64,000 nt of DNA from the NCBI RefSeq assembly GCF_030816895.1, contig NZ_JAUSYL010000001.1:3069682-3133681 (forward strand), given 5' to 3'. A model generated the notes under the pieces. It worked only from the letters and a program-made list of their open reading frames with translations. It ran no database searches and was not told the DNA's origin. Below are positions 1 through 9,392 of the stretch, one piece after another; positions within the stretch are counted from its first letter, which is position 1; the number at the start of each line of letters is the position of its first letter. Both the position numbers and the translations under genes were made by a program. The stretch comes from Clavibacter sp. B3I6. GTDB lineage: Bacteria > Actinomycetota > Actinomycetes > Actinomycetales > Microbacteriaceae.

Positions 1-35
1 CGCCCGTCCGCCTCCCGCGCCGAGGGGGTGCGCGC

Positions 36-821
36 GTGGAGGTGATCATCCTGCCGACGGCCGAGGAGGTCGGCCGCGTGGCCGCGGGCCGCGTCGCCGC
101 CGTCGTCGCGCGCGACCCCGAGGCGGTCGTCGGCCTCGCCACGGGATCCAGCCCCGAGGGGATCTACGCGGACCTCCGCCGTCGCGTCGACGCCGGCGAG
201 GTCTCCTTCGCCCGCGCGCGCGGCTTCGCGCTCGACGAGTACGTGGGCATCCCGCTCGAGCACCCCGAGTCGTACGCGAGCGTCATCGCGCGCGACGTGG
301 TCGGGCCGCTCGGCTTCGACCCCGCGCGTGTGCGCGTGCCCGACGGCCGCGCCGCGGACCTGCGTGCGGCCGCCGAGGAGTACGACCGGGCGATCCGCGA
401 CGCGGGCGGCATCGCCGTGCAGATCCTCGGGATCGGCGCGAACGGGCACATCGGCTTCAACGAGCCGACGTCGTCGCTCGCGTCGCGCACCCGGATCAAG
501 ACGCTCGCCCCCGCGACCCGCGAGGCGAACGCCCGCTTCTTCGACTCCCTCGACGACGTGCCCACCCACTGCATGACGCAGGGGCTCGGCACGATCCTCG
601 AGGCCGGCCGGCTCGTGCTCGTGGCGCAGGGGGAGGGCAAGGCGGCCGCCATCGCCGCGGCCGTCGAGGGGCCGCTCACCTCCTTCGTGCCGGGCAGCGC
701 GCTGCAGCTGCACGAGCACGCGGTGGTCGTGCTGGACGAGGCGGCGGCGTCCCGGCTGACGCTCCGCGACTACTACCGGCACACGTACGCGAACAAGCCC
801 GCATGGCAGCGCATCCCGTGA
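36..821 (+). CDS. nagB: glucosamine-6-phosphate deaminase
   Basis: 261-aa ORF from GTG; NagB-family motifs (DEYVG, GIGANGHIGFNEP); overlaps nagA start by 19 bp. Confidence 0.85.
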   Translation: MEVIILPTAEEVGRVAAGRVAAVVARDPEAVVGLATGSSPEGIYADLRRRVDAGEVSFARARGFALDEYVGIPLEHPESYASVIARDVVGPLGFDPARVRVPDGRAADLRAAAEEYDRAIRDAGGIAVQILGIGANGHIGFNEPTSSLASRTRIKTLAPATREANARFFDSLDDVPTHCMTQGLGTILEAGRLVLVAQGEGKAAAIAAAVEGPLTSFVPGSALQLHEHAVVVLDEAAASRLTLRDYYRHTYANKPAWQRIP

Positions 822-1966
822 GCGGCACGACGCTCCTCCGCGCGGCGCGGGCGGTCGACGCGCGGGGCGCCGTCGACGAGGCGTGGGTCCTCCTCGACGG
901 GGACGCGATGGCGGCCCTCGGCAGCGGGCGGGAGACGCCGGCCGCCGACCGCGTCGTCGACCTCGGCGACGCGACGCTCGTACCCGGCTTCGTCGACCTG
1001 CATGTGCACGGCGGCGCCGGCGGATCCCACGACGACGGGCCGGACGGGATCCGCGCGGCCGTCACCCTGCACCGGCGGCACGGCACGACGCGGTCGGTCC
1101 TCAGCCTCGTCGCGAACCCCGTGCCCGACCTCGCGCGGTCGCTCGCCGGGATCCGCGCGGTGATGGCCGAGGACCCGACCGTGCTCGGCGCCCACCTCGA
1201 GGGCCCGTTCCTGTCACCGGCCGCGGCGGGGGCGCACGCGCACGCGCACCTCGTGGATCCGACGCCCGCGCGCATCGACGCCCTGCTGGAGGCGGGGGAG
1301 GGCGTGCTCCGGCAGGTCACCATCGCGCCCGAGCTCGACGGCGCGCTCGACGCGATCGGACGCCTGGTCGCGCACGGCGTGGTCGCGGCCGTCGGGCACA
1401 CGACGTGCTCGGGCGCGACCGCCCGAGCCGCCTTCGACGCGGGCGCGACCGTGCTCACGCACGCGTTCAACGCGATGCCGGGCATCCACCACCGCCAGCC
1501 GGGGCCGATCATGGCGGCGCTCGCCGACGAGCGGGTGACGCTCGAGCTGATCCTCGACGGCGTCCACGTGGCGCCCGCGGTCGCCGGGCTGCTGTTCCGG
1601 GAGGCGCCCGGCCGCGTCGCGCTCATCACCGACGCGATGGCGGCGGCCGGATCCGCGGACGGCCGGTACCGCCTCGGCGAGCTCGAGGTGGAGGTCGCGG
1701 ACGGCATCGCCCGGCTCGCGGGAGCGGACACGATCGCGGGCTCCACCCTCACGCAGGACGCGGCCCTCCGGATCGCGGTGCACGAGGTCGGCCTCGCGCT
1801 GCCGGACGCCGTGGCCGCGCTCACCCTCGTCCCCGCGCGGGCGCTCCGGCTCGACGACCGGATCGGCCTGCTGCGCGCCGGTCACGCGGCCGACGTCGTG
1901 GCCCTCACGCCCGACCTGCAGGTCTCCCGCGTGTGGGCGGACGGGCGGGAGCTGTCGCCGGGCTGA
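803..1966 (+). CDS. nagA: N-acetylglucosamine-6-phosphate deacetylase
   Basis: 387 aa; amidohydrolase metal-site motif FVDLHVHGGAGG; operonic with nagB. Confidence 0.85.
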   Translation: MAAHPVSGTTLLRAARAVDARGAVDEAWVLLDGDAMAALGSGRETPAADRVVDLGDATLVPGFVDLHVHGGAGGSHDDGPDGIRAAVTLHRRHGTTRSVLSLVANPVPDLARSLAGIRAVMAEDPTVLGAHLEGPFLSPAAAGAHAHAHLVDPTPARIDALLEAGEGVLRQVTIAPELDGALDAIGRLVAHGVVAAVGHTTCSGATARAAFDAGATVLTHAFNAMPGIHHRQPGPIMAALADERVTLELILDGVHVAPAVAGLLFREAPGRVALITDAMAAAGSADGRYRLGELEVEVADGIARLAGADTIAGSTLTQDAALRIAVHEVGLALPDAVAALTLVPARALRLDDRIGLLRAGHAADVVALTPDLQVSRVWADGRELSPG

Positions 1967-1996
1967 CCGCGCACCGGGCGCGGCCCGTCGCGCGCC

Positions 1997-2554
1997 TCAG
2001 CGTCCGTCGGCCAGCGACGCCTGGATCGTGCGGATGTGCGCGCCCAGCTCCCCGGAGGCCAGGAGTCCCGGGCCGAGCGGGCCCGACGGATCCGTCCCGA
2101 GGAGCGGGAGGAGCCGCAGCGCGGACCGCACGGGGTCGGTGAGGAGCGCCAGCTGCGCGGCGATCTCCTGCATCGCGCGCGACGGGTCGCCGGGTGCGGC
2201 GGCGGCCGCGGCCTTCGCGGCGTACGCGGCCGCGCCCAGTCCGTGCGCGCCCATGTGCGCGACGCCCGCGGCCTGCCCCGCCGACCAGGCGGCGGCGCGC
2301 GCGGACGGCGACGTCACGACCTGCGCGGCGCGGTTCGCCACGAAGCGGCGCCGGATCTCCCCGGCCGTGTCGAGCTCGCCGCGCGCGAAGCCCCGCGCGC
2401 GGGCGATGGCGTCGCGCGGTCGGTCGTCGTCCGGTGCCTCGACCACGAACAGGGGCAGCACGCGCAGGGCGCAGTCCGCCGCCCACGCGGCGACGAGGCG
2501 CCGGTCGGTCTCGCTCAACGTCTGCGGGGAGGGCATGCCAGCACCCTCGCACAC
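1997..2554 (-). CDS. conserved hypothetical protein (alternative start at 2536)
   Basis: 185-aa non-low-complexity ORF; resembles an actinobacterial family often labelled SbcC-like/immunity-like; no function assignable. Confidence 0.45.
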   Translation of the reverse strand: MCEGAGMPSPQTLSETDRRLVAAWAADCALRVLPLFVVEAPDDDRPRDAIARARGFARGELDTAGEIRRRFVANRAAQVVTSPSARAAAWSAGQAAGVAHMGAHGLGAAAYAAKAAAAAAPGDPSRAMQEIAAQLALLTDPVRSALRLLPLLGTDPSGPLGPGLLASGELGAHIRTIQASLADGR

Positions 2555-2569
2555 GCGCGACCCGACGGG

Positions 2570-3301
2570 TCAGGCCTCGTCGCGGTAGACCACGCGGCGC
2601 TCCCCGGCGCGGACGGCCGCGGACAGGCGGTTCCCGGCGGGCGGGAGCGGGCAGTTCATCCAGTCGGAGAAGCCGCAGGGCGGGACGACGGCGCGCGTGA
2701 AGTCGAGGGTCACGGGTCCGTCGCCGTCCGGGCGGGGGAGGAAGAGGAAGCGGCTGGGCGCGTAGCTCTCGCGGCCCGTGGTGGCGTCGGCGAAGACGAG
2801 CTGCAGGCGGTCGCCGTCCGCGAAGGCGCTGAGGCGCACCTCCTCACCCTCGATCTCCACGACGATGTCGCCCGGCACGGGCAGCTCCCGCGTGCGCCCC
2901 TGGTCGGCGATGTGCTCGAACGGGATCACGCGGTCGTCGTCGACGCGCTCGAAGCGGCCCTCGAGGATCCACTCGGGCGCGTACGGGTAGACCTCGATGT
3001 CCTCGAACGCGCGGTTGCGGGGGCTCGCGGAGTCCCAGAGCCGGTAGCCGTGCTCGGGCTCGCCGGTCTCCAGCGAGGTGCGCTCGATGCGCGTGAGCTG
3101 CACGGTGTCGGGCTGCCCCTCGAGCGCCTCGAGGTCGCTGACCTCCTGGCCGGGAGCGAGCCACGTCGTCTGGATCAGCGCGAGGCTGCCGAACGGGCTC
3201 GTCACGGCGGCGAGGCGGGCGCGGTGCCAGGCCTCGTAGCGGGCGAGGGCGTCGGGGTCGGCGGCGTCGGGGCGGGCGGCATCGGTCGTCGTGTCGGTCA
3301 C
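2570..3301 (-). CDS. DUF1684 family protein
   Basis: 243 aa from GTG (VTDTTTD...); conserved C-terminal FTRAVVPPCGFSDWMNCPLPP; the longer listed ORF is a GC-driven run-on. Confidence 0.6.
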   Translation of the reverse strand: MTDTTTDAARPDAADPDALARYEAWHRARLAAVTSPFGSLALIQTTWLAPGQEVSDLEALEGQPDTVQLTRIERTSLETGEPEHGYRLWDSASPRNRAFEDIEVYPYAPEWILEGRFERVDDDRVIPFEHIADQGRTRELPVPGDIVVEIEGEEVRLSAFADGDRLQLVFADATTGRESYAPSRFLFLPRPDGDGPVTLDFTRAVVPPCGFSDWMNCPLPPAGNRLSAAVRAGERRVVYRDEA

Positions 3302-3450
3302 GTGAGGGTCAACGCGCCCGGTCCGGCCGCATTCCCGCCGCGCGCGTCGTCGCCGCGTGCACGTGCCGGCGCACGGGCCCGGGTGCGCCGCGCGGAGCCC
3401 GCGCGGAGGCGACGGGTATTGACTGGGCGCACCGACGGAAGGACGCTCCC

Positions 3451-5205
3451 ATGGCACGCACGGTCGCCGACCAGCTCATCGCCCAGCTCATCGAGGCGGG
3501 GGTGAGCCGGATCTACGGGGTCGTCGGCGACAGCCTCAACCCGGTCGTCGACGCCGTGCGGCGCACGGGCGGGAGCCGCAAGGGCGGCATCGACTGGATC
3601 CACGTGCGGCACGAGGAGGCGGGCGCGTTCGCCGCCTCGGCCGAGGCGCAGCTCACCGGGAAGCTCGCCGTGTGCGCCGGATCCTGCGGGCCCGGCCACC
3701 TGCACCTCATCAACGGCCTCTACGACGCGCACCGCTCGGGCGCGCCCGTGCTCGCGATCGCCAGCCACATCACCACGAACCAGATCGGCTCCGGCTACTT
3801 CCAGGAGACGCACCCCGACCGCCTCTTCGTCGAGTGCTCGCACTACACGGAGATGATCTCGACCGCGGTGCAGGCGCCCCGCGTCGTCGACCAGGCCATG
3901 CGGCACTCCCTCGCGCTCGGCGGCGTCAGCGTCATCACGCTGCCCGGCGACGTCGCCGAGTTCGAGGCGGAGGGCGAGGCACCGACGTTCACGCTGCCGC
4001 GCCGGCCCGCGATCGTCCCGGCCGAGGAGGACGTGCGCGCGCTCGCCGCCGCCATCGACGAGGCGAGGAGCGTCGCGATCTTCGCGGGTCGCGGCGCCGG
4101 ATCCGCGCACGCCGAGCTCATGGAGCTGGCCGACCGGATCGCCGCACCCGTCGGCCACTCGCTGCGCGGCAAGGACGTGATCCAGCAGGACAACCCGTTC
4201 GACGTGGGCATGACGGGCCTCATCGGCTACGGCGCGGCGGCCGCGGGCATCTCCGGCGCCGACCTCCTGATCCTCATCGGCACCGACTTCCCCTACGACC
4301 AGTTCCTGCCCGGCAAGGAGGTGCGGACGGCGCAGATCGACATCGCGCCCGAGCGCCTCGGCCGACGCACCGACGTCGACATCGCGATCCACGGCGACGC
4401 GCTCTCCACGATCCGCGCGGTGCTGCCGCTCGTGCAGCGGAAGACCGACCGGCGGTTCCTCGAGAAGCTGCTGAAGGAGCAGGACAGGAAGGTCGAGCAG
4501 GTCGTCGGCGCGTACACGTCGAAGGCGGAGAAGCTGAAGCCGATCCACCCCGAGTACGCGGCGAGCATCCTCGACGAGGTCGCGGCCGACGACGCCGTCT
4601 TCCTCAGCGACACCGGCATGTGCAACGTGTGGAGCGCGCGCTACCTCACCCCGAACGGCCGCCGGCGGATGCTCGGCTCGCTCGTGCACGGGTCCATGGC
4701 CAACGCGCTGCCGATGGCCATCGGCGCGCAGGTCGCCCAGCCGGGCCGCCAGGTGGTCTCGGTCTCGGGCGACGGCGGGCTGTCCATGCTGATGGGCGAG
4801 CTCGTCACGGTCGCCGCGTACGGGCTGCCGGTGAAGGTCGTCGTGTTCAACAACTCGACGCTCGGTCTCGTGAAGGTGGAGATGCTGGTCGACGGGATCC
4901 CCGACTTCGGGGTCGACGTGCCCATGGTCGACTACGCGGCCGTCGCGGCCGCGCTCGGGATCCACTCCCAGCGCGTCGAGGACCCGGCCGACATCCGCGG
5001 CGCCCTCGAGGCCGCGTTCGCGCACGACGGGCCCGCGCTCGTCGACCTCGTGACCGACCCGATGGCCCTGTCGATCCCGCCGGAGATCACCGCCGCGCAG
5101 GTGAAGGGCTTCGCGCTGTCGATGTCCAAGATCGTGATGAACGGCGGCGTCGGCGAGGCCGTGAAGCTCGCCCGCTCGAACCTGCGGAACATCCCGCGGC
5201 CCTGA
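3451..5205 (+). CDS. poxB: thiamine-diphosphate-dependent pyruvate oxidase / pyruvate dehydrogenase (quinone), PoxB-like
   Basis: 584 aa; ThDP N-terminal domain, FAD-binding middle domain and ThDP C-terminal motif (GDGG...N); RBS GGAAGGA upstream. Confidence 0.8.
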   Translation: MARTVADQLIAQLIEAGVSRIYGVVGDSLNPVVDAVRRTGGSRKGGIDWIHVRHEEAGAFAASAEAQLTGKLAVCAGSCGPGHLHLINGLYDAHRSGAPVLAIASHITTNQIGSGYFQETHPDRLFVECSHYTEMISTAVQAPRVVDQAMRHSLALGGVSVITLPGDVAEFEAEGEAPTFTLPRRPAIVPAEEDVRALAAAIDEARSVAIFAGRGAGSAHAELMELADRIAAPVGHSLRGKDVIQQDNPFDVGMTGLIGYGAAAAGISGADLLILIGTDFPYDQFLPGKEVRTAQIDIAPERLGRRTDVDIAIHGDALSTIRAVLPLVQRKTDRRFLEKLLKEQDRKVEQVVGAYTSKAEKLKPIHPEYAASILDEVAADDAVFLSDTGMCNVWSARYLTPNGRRRMLGSLVHGSMANALPMAIGAQVAQPGRQVVSVSGDGGLSMLMGELVTVAAYGLPVKVVVFNNSTLGLVKVEMLVDGIPDFGVDVPMVDYAAVAAALGIHSQRVEDPADIRGALEAAFAHDGPALVDLVTDPMALSIPPEITAAQVKGFALSMSKIVMNGGVGEAVKLARSNLRNIPRP

Positions 5206-5297
5206 GCCGTTCCGCCTGGGGGCCGGTCCCGCCTGCGCGCGGTCGGCCCTCGCACCCCGTCCCGTCCCACCCCGCACGTCCCACCCGAGGAGCCACC

Positions 5298-5615
5298 ATG
5301 TCCCAGCCCGTCGTCGTCACCGCCGTGTTCACGCCCGTCGAGGGGAGGCGGGACGAGGCCGTCGCCGCCCTCTCCCGCGGCATTGCCGAGGTCCACGAGG
5401 AGGACGGGTGCGAGGTCTACGCCATCCACGACGCCCCCGACGGCACGATCGTCATGCTCGAGAAGTGGTCGTCCGCGGAGGCCCTCGATGCGCACGGGGC
5501 GGGCGAGCCCGTCGCGCGGATGGTGGCGTCGCTCGAGGGCCTGATCACCGGCCCCGCCGTGGTGACGCGCCTCGCGCCCATCCCGGCGGGCACCGAGCTG
5601 CAGGGCGCGCTCTAG
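5298..5615 (+). CDS. antibiotic-biosynthesis-monooxygenase (ABM) domain protein
   Basis: 105 aa, ATG preceded by GAGGAG; ferredoxin-like ABM pattern. Confidence 0.6.
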   Translation: MSQPVVVTAVFTPVEGRRDEAVAALSRGIAEVHEEDGCEVYAIHDAPDGTIVMLEKWSSAEALDAHGAGEPVARMVASLEGLITGPAVVTRLAPIPAGTELQGAL

Positions 5616-5650
5616 GCGGCAGGCCCGCGCGCCCCGCACGCCCCGCGCGG

Positions 5651-6691
5651 TCAGCCGACCTCGACCAGCGTGATCCCCGCCGAGCGGTCGCCCGACGCCA
5701 GCGCCTCGAGCGCGGCCGGGGCGTCCTCGAGCGGGATGCGGTGCTCGATGAGCAGCTCCGGACGGAGCGCGCCTGACGCGACCATCGCCATCAGCTCGGC
5801 GTAGTCGTGCGCGGGCATGCCGTGGCTGCCGTGCAGGCTCAGCTCCCGGCCGATGATCACGGGGACCGGCACCGCGGGCTCGCTCGCGAACAGGCCGATC
5901 TGCACCTGCCGGCCCGTCGGCGCGAGCGCGAGCAGGCTGATCCGCAGGGTCGACTCGCGGCCGAGCGCCTCCACCGACACCTGGACGCCCTCGGGCGCGG
6001 CCGTGCGGATCGCGGCGAGCACGTCCTCCTCGGCGAGCCCGGACGAGTCGATCGCGTGCGCGGCGCCGAGCTCGGTGGCGCGCGCGAGGGCGGCCGGGTC
6101 GATGTCGACCGCGATGACCTCGGCGCCCACGGCGACCCCGATCATCACGGCGCTGAGGCCCACGCCGCCGCAGCCGACGACGACGAGGCGCTCGCCCGGC
6201 CGGATGCGCGCCCGGTGCACGAGCCCGCGGAACGCCGTGGCGAACCGGCAGCCGAGGAGGGCGGCGGCGCCCGCGTCGAGGTCGTCGGGCACGGGGATCA
6301 GGTTCACGTCGGCGTCGTGCAGCACGACCAGCTCGGCGAAGGACCCCCAGTGGGTGAAGCCCGGCTGCGTCTGGTCGCGGCACACCTGGCCGTTCCCGGC
6401 CAGGCACTCGGGGCAGCGGCCGCACGCGCAGACGAAGGGGACGGTGACGCGGTCGCCCGCGCGGAAGCGCGTGACCTCGGGACCCGCGGCGTGGATCCGC
6501 CCGACCAGCTCGTGGCCCGGCACCTGGGGGAGCGCGATGCCGTCGTCGTGGCCGAGCCAGCCGTGCGCGTCGCTGCGGCAGACGCCGGTGGCCTCGACGC
6601 GCACGACGACCCCGCGCGCGGAGGGGACGGGGTCCGGCAGGTCGCGGACGACGGGCGTCGCGCCGAACTCCTCGTAGACGACGGCGCGCAT
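5651..6691 (-). CDS. zinc-dependent alcohol dehydrogenase (MDR family)
   Basis: 346 aa; GHE..G, catalytic Zn Cys/His and structural Zn CxxCxxC, GxGxxG NAD motif. Confidence 0.8.
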   Translation of the reverse strand: MRAVVYEEFGATPVVRDLPDPVPSARGVVVRVEATGVCRSDAHGWLGHDDGIALPQVPGHELVGRIHAAGPEVTRFRAGDRVTVPFVCACGRCPECLAGNGQVCRDQTQPGFTHWGSFAELVVLHDADVNLIPVPDDLDAGAAALLGCRFATAFRGLVHRARIRPGERLVVVGCGGVGLSAVMIGVAVGAEVIAVDIDPAALARATELGAAHAIDSSGLAEEDVLAAIRTAAPEGVQVSVEALGRESTLRISLLALAPTGRQVQIGLFASEPAVPVPVIIGRELSLHGSHGMPAHDYAELMAMVASGALRPELLIEHRIPLEDAPAALEALASGDRSAGITLVEVG

Positions 6692-6751
6692 GGGGGCTCC
6701 TCGGGTGGTGCGGGATCGGGTGAGCCCTCCACGCTATCCGAGCGGGCGCGG

Positions 6752-6787
6752 CGACCCGAGCGGCCCGAGCGACCCGAGCGGCCCGCG
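6752..6787. repeat. 9-bp tandem repeat x4 (cgacccgag/cggcccgag) in a divergent intergenic region
   Basis: direct reading of the sequence between the ADH start (6691) and the small membrane ORF. Confidence 0.8.
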
Positions 6788-6803
6788 CTGGCAGACTGGG
6801 CGC

Positions 6804-7157
6804 GTGACCCGCACCCCCGCCGCCGCCCCCGCGTTCACCCGACCGTCGCTCGCCCCGGGGCTCCTCGGGGCCATCGTGCTGCTGGCCGGGTTCGCGGTGA
6901 TCGACGGGGACCTCTTCACCGTCGTGCGGTTCGCGGTGTCGATCCTCGCGCTCATCATGATCGTGTTCTCGCTCCGCGCCCGCAGCTGGTGGAGCGCGGC
7001 GCTGCTCGCGGGCGTCGCCGTGATGTGGAACCCCGTCGCCGTGATCCCGGTCGAGGCGACGACGTGGCAGTCGCTGCAGTACGTCGCCGCGATCGTCTTC
7101 ATCGCGGCCGGCATCCTCGTGAAGGTGCCGGTCAGCTCATCTCCACCCCGGAGGTAG
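6804..7157 (+). CDS. small membrane protein (3 TM)
   Basis: 117 aa from GTG; strongly hydrophobic helices; 3' end overlaps the convergent hydrolase gene by 26 bp. Confidence 0.4.
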   Translation: MTRTPAAAPAFTRPSLAPGLLGAIVLLAGFAVIDGDLFTVVRFAVSILALIMIVFSLRARSWWSAALLAGVAVMWNPVAVIPVEATTWQSLQYVAAIVFIAAGILVKVPVSSSPPRR

Positions 7158-7947
7158 TGCCGAACTCGCGCTCCTCCGTGAGGCCGCGGCGGAGGAAGGC
7201 CACGATCTCGTCGAGCGAGCGGCGCGTGAGCTGCGGATCCACGCGGGGCAGCGCGAGCCACCCGCGGTCGGCGTTCGGCAGCGTCACGAGCCGGGACTTG
7301 ACGCCCGCGGCGCGCAGCTCGGAGACGGCGGCCACCAGGCGCTGACGGCGGGGATCCCCGGCGCCCGTGTGGATGAGGTTCGACGGCAGGTCGCGGAGGC
7401 CCCGCGGGCCGGACCCGGTGCGCGAGCTGTCGTCCGCGGCGATGTCGCCCGAGGGCAGCGTGCCCGAGGGGCTCACGAGCACCAGGCGCAGCACGGACGG
7501 CCCGCCGGTGTCGCGGGCCGTGGCCGTGACGCGGAGCGCGAGGTCGGCGCCCGGACCGTCGCCGAGGACGCCGAGGCGCTCGGGCGTCCCGTTCCAGCCG
7601 GCCGTGCGCGCCGCGATCCAGCGCATCCCGGCGAGGGCGAGCGCGTCGTCGTCGGTCGGCATGCTCACGACCACCGCGCGGAGCTCCGTGGCGAGGGTCG
7701 ACGGCAGCCAGTCGCCGCGGATCCGCGGGAACACCACGACGACGGGGGATCCGGTCTTACCCAGGTCGTGATCCGGCGGCAGCCAGACGTCGAGGTCGAG
7801 CGGCGGGCCCTGCTCGCCCGCGGTGCGGCGATCCACCGTGGTGCCGGCCGCCTGCGACCCGCGGAGCGCGCGTGCGGCCTCGGGGAACTCGCGCCCCGCC
7901 CACCAGAGGAGCCGGCTGCGGGTCGGGACGGCGGTGCGGTCGGCCAT
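7132..7947 (-). CDS. alpha/beta-hydrolase (esterase/lipase-like)
   Basis: 271 aa from ATG at 7945-7947, which overlaps the upstream GST stop (ATGA); hydrolase-fold HGGG-like region. Confidence 0.6.
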   Translation of the reverse strand: MADRTAVPTRSRLLWWAGREFPEAARALRGSQAAGTTVDRRTAGEQGPPLDLDVWLPPDHDLGKTGSPVVVVFPRIRGDWLPSTLATELRAVVVSMPTDDDALALAGMRWIAARTAGWNGTPERLGVLGDGPGADLALRVTATARDTGGPSVLRLVLVSPSGTLPSGDIAADDSSRTGSGPRGLRDLPSNLIHTGAGDPRRQRLVAAVSELRAAGVKSRLVTLPNADRGWLALPRVDPQLTRRSLDEIVAFLRRGLTEEREFGTTSGVEMS

Positions 7948-9071
7948 CACGCGTCCTGCGCGTCGACGGCGGGCAGCTCGGCCGGGGCGGCCTCCGAGGG
8001 ACGCGTCTCGCGACCGCCGCGCGGGACGGCGCCGTGGCCCTCGGGTACGCGCTCGCCCTCCCGGACGGGACCGGGGGGCGTACCGTCGCCGAAGGGGCGA
8101 CCGCCCAGCTCCTCGCGCCCGTGCGGCTCCAGCCAGCCCCAGGTCTCGGGGCCGACGGGCACGACGCGCGTCGGGTTGATGTCGGTGTGCGTCAGGTAGT
8201 AGTGCTGCTTGATCTGCACGAAGTCGATGGTGTCGCCGAAGCCGGGCGTCTGGAACAGGTCGCGCGCGTACGCCCACAGCACGGGCATCTCCGCGAGCTT
8301 CTGCCGGTTGCACTTGAAGTGCCCGTGGTACACGGCGTCGAAGCGCGCGAGCGTGGTGAAGAGGCGGACGTCGGCCTCGGTGATCGTGTCGCCCACGAGG
8401 TAGCGCTGCGTGGCGAGGCGCTCGCTCAGCCAGTCGAGCCGGGAGAAGAGGCGGTCGTACGCCTTCTCGTACGCCTCCTGCGATCCCGCGAAGCCGCAGC
8501 GGTACACGCCGTTGTTCACGTCGCGAAAGACGAGGTCGGCGACCTCGTCGATCTCCGCGCGGAGGTGCTCGGGGTAGAGGTCGGGCGCGCCCTCCCGGTG
8601 GTGCTCGGTCCACTCGGTGGAGAGGTCGAGCGTGATCTGCGGGTAGTCGTTGGTGACCACCTGGCCGGAGGGGATGTCGACGAGGGCCGGCACCGTGATC
8701 CCGCGCGGGTAGTCGGGGAAGCGCGCGAAGAACGCCTCCTGCAGGCGCTCGATGCCGAGGACGGGGTCGCGCCCGTCGGGGTCGAGGTCGAAGGTCCAGC
8801 TGCGGGCGTCGTGCGTGGGGCCGGGGAGGCCGAGCGAGATGGCGTCCTCGAGGCCGAGCAGGCGGCGCACGATCACGGAGCGGTTGGCCCACGGGCAGGC
8901 GCGCGCCGCGACGAGCCGGTAGCGGCCGGCCTCGACCGGCCAGCCCTGCGAGCCGTCTCGGAGGATGCGGTCCTCGATGTAGTTCGTGTCGCGGGTGAAC
9001 TCACCCTCCTCGACGTAGCGGCCGGGGGAGCCCGCCTCGTTGGTACCGGTGGGTGTCGCCTGATCCGTCAT
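7947..9071 (-). CDS. Xi-class glutathione S-transferase (glutathionyl-hydroquinone reductase, YqjG/ECM4 family)
   Basis: 374 aa; catalytic CPWA motif; full-length similarity to the GS-hydroquinone reductase family. Confidence 0.8.
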   Translation of the reverse strand: MTDQATPTGTNEAGSPGRYVEEGEFTRDTNYIEDRILRDGSQGWPVEAGRYRLVAARACPWANRSVIVRRLLGLEDAISLGLPGPTHDARSWTFDLDPDGRDPVLGIERLQEAFFARFPDYPRGITVPALVDIPSGQVVTNDYPQITLDLSTEWTEHHREGAPDLYPEHLRAEIDEVADLVFRDVNNGVYRCGFAGSQEAYEKAYDRLFSRLDWLSERLATQRYLVGDTITEADVRLFTTLARFDAVYHGHFKCNRQKLAEMPVLWAYARDLFQTPGFGDTIDFVQIKQHYYLTHTDINPTRVVPVGPETWGWLEPHGREELGGRPFGDGTPPGPVREGERVPEGHGAVPRGGRETRPSEAAPAELPAVDAQDA

Positions 9072-9392
9072 CCGTCCAGCGTAGGCCGGACGGCCCGCGG
9101 CGACCGGGCCGGGATGCGCTCCGGCACCGGACGGATCGCCGGGGGACGCGCGGCGGATCAGGGCACGCGGCGGTCCCGGCGTGCCCTAAACTCCTCATGT
9201 GCCCGTCCTCCCCGAGGCGGCCGGGCGCAGGCGGCGGACCCGCATCCCACCCCCGACCCGGAACCCCGGTTGCTCGAGGAAGGTCCCCTCGCCACCGTCC
9301 GACCGCACGCGTCACCGTGCGCGACGGGCGCTGAGTCCTTCCGATCCGGGAGCGCAGGCACGGCCTGGCCCCGGCAGTGAACAAGGAGTTGC

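Noticed and set aside
164-1824. Long minus-strand ORFs (171 and 382 aa) antisense to nagB/nagA
   Set aside because: R/A/S/P-rich low-complexity translations opposite well-supported genes. These are typical shadow ORFs of 72% GC DNA.
3298-5277. 659-aa minus ORF antisense to poxB and 647-aa plus ORF overlapping it
   Set aside because: Compositional noise (G/R/D/V-rich) with no motifs. poxB in the other frame has full-length enzyme similarity.
6752-6787. CRISPR array candidates (this and other short repeats)
   Set aside because: Repeat units are 9-33 bp, perfectly tandem without spacers, or lie inside coding regions. This is not CRISPR architecture.
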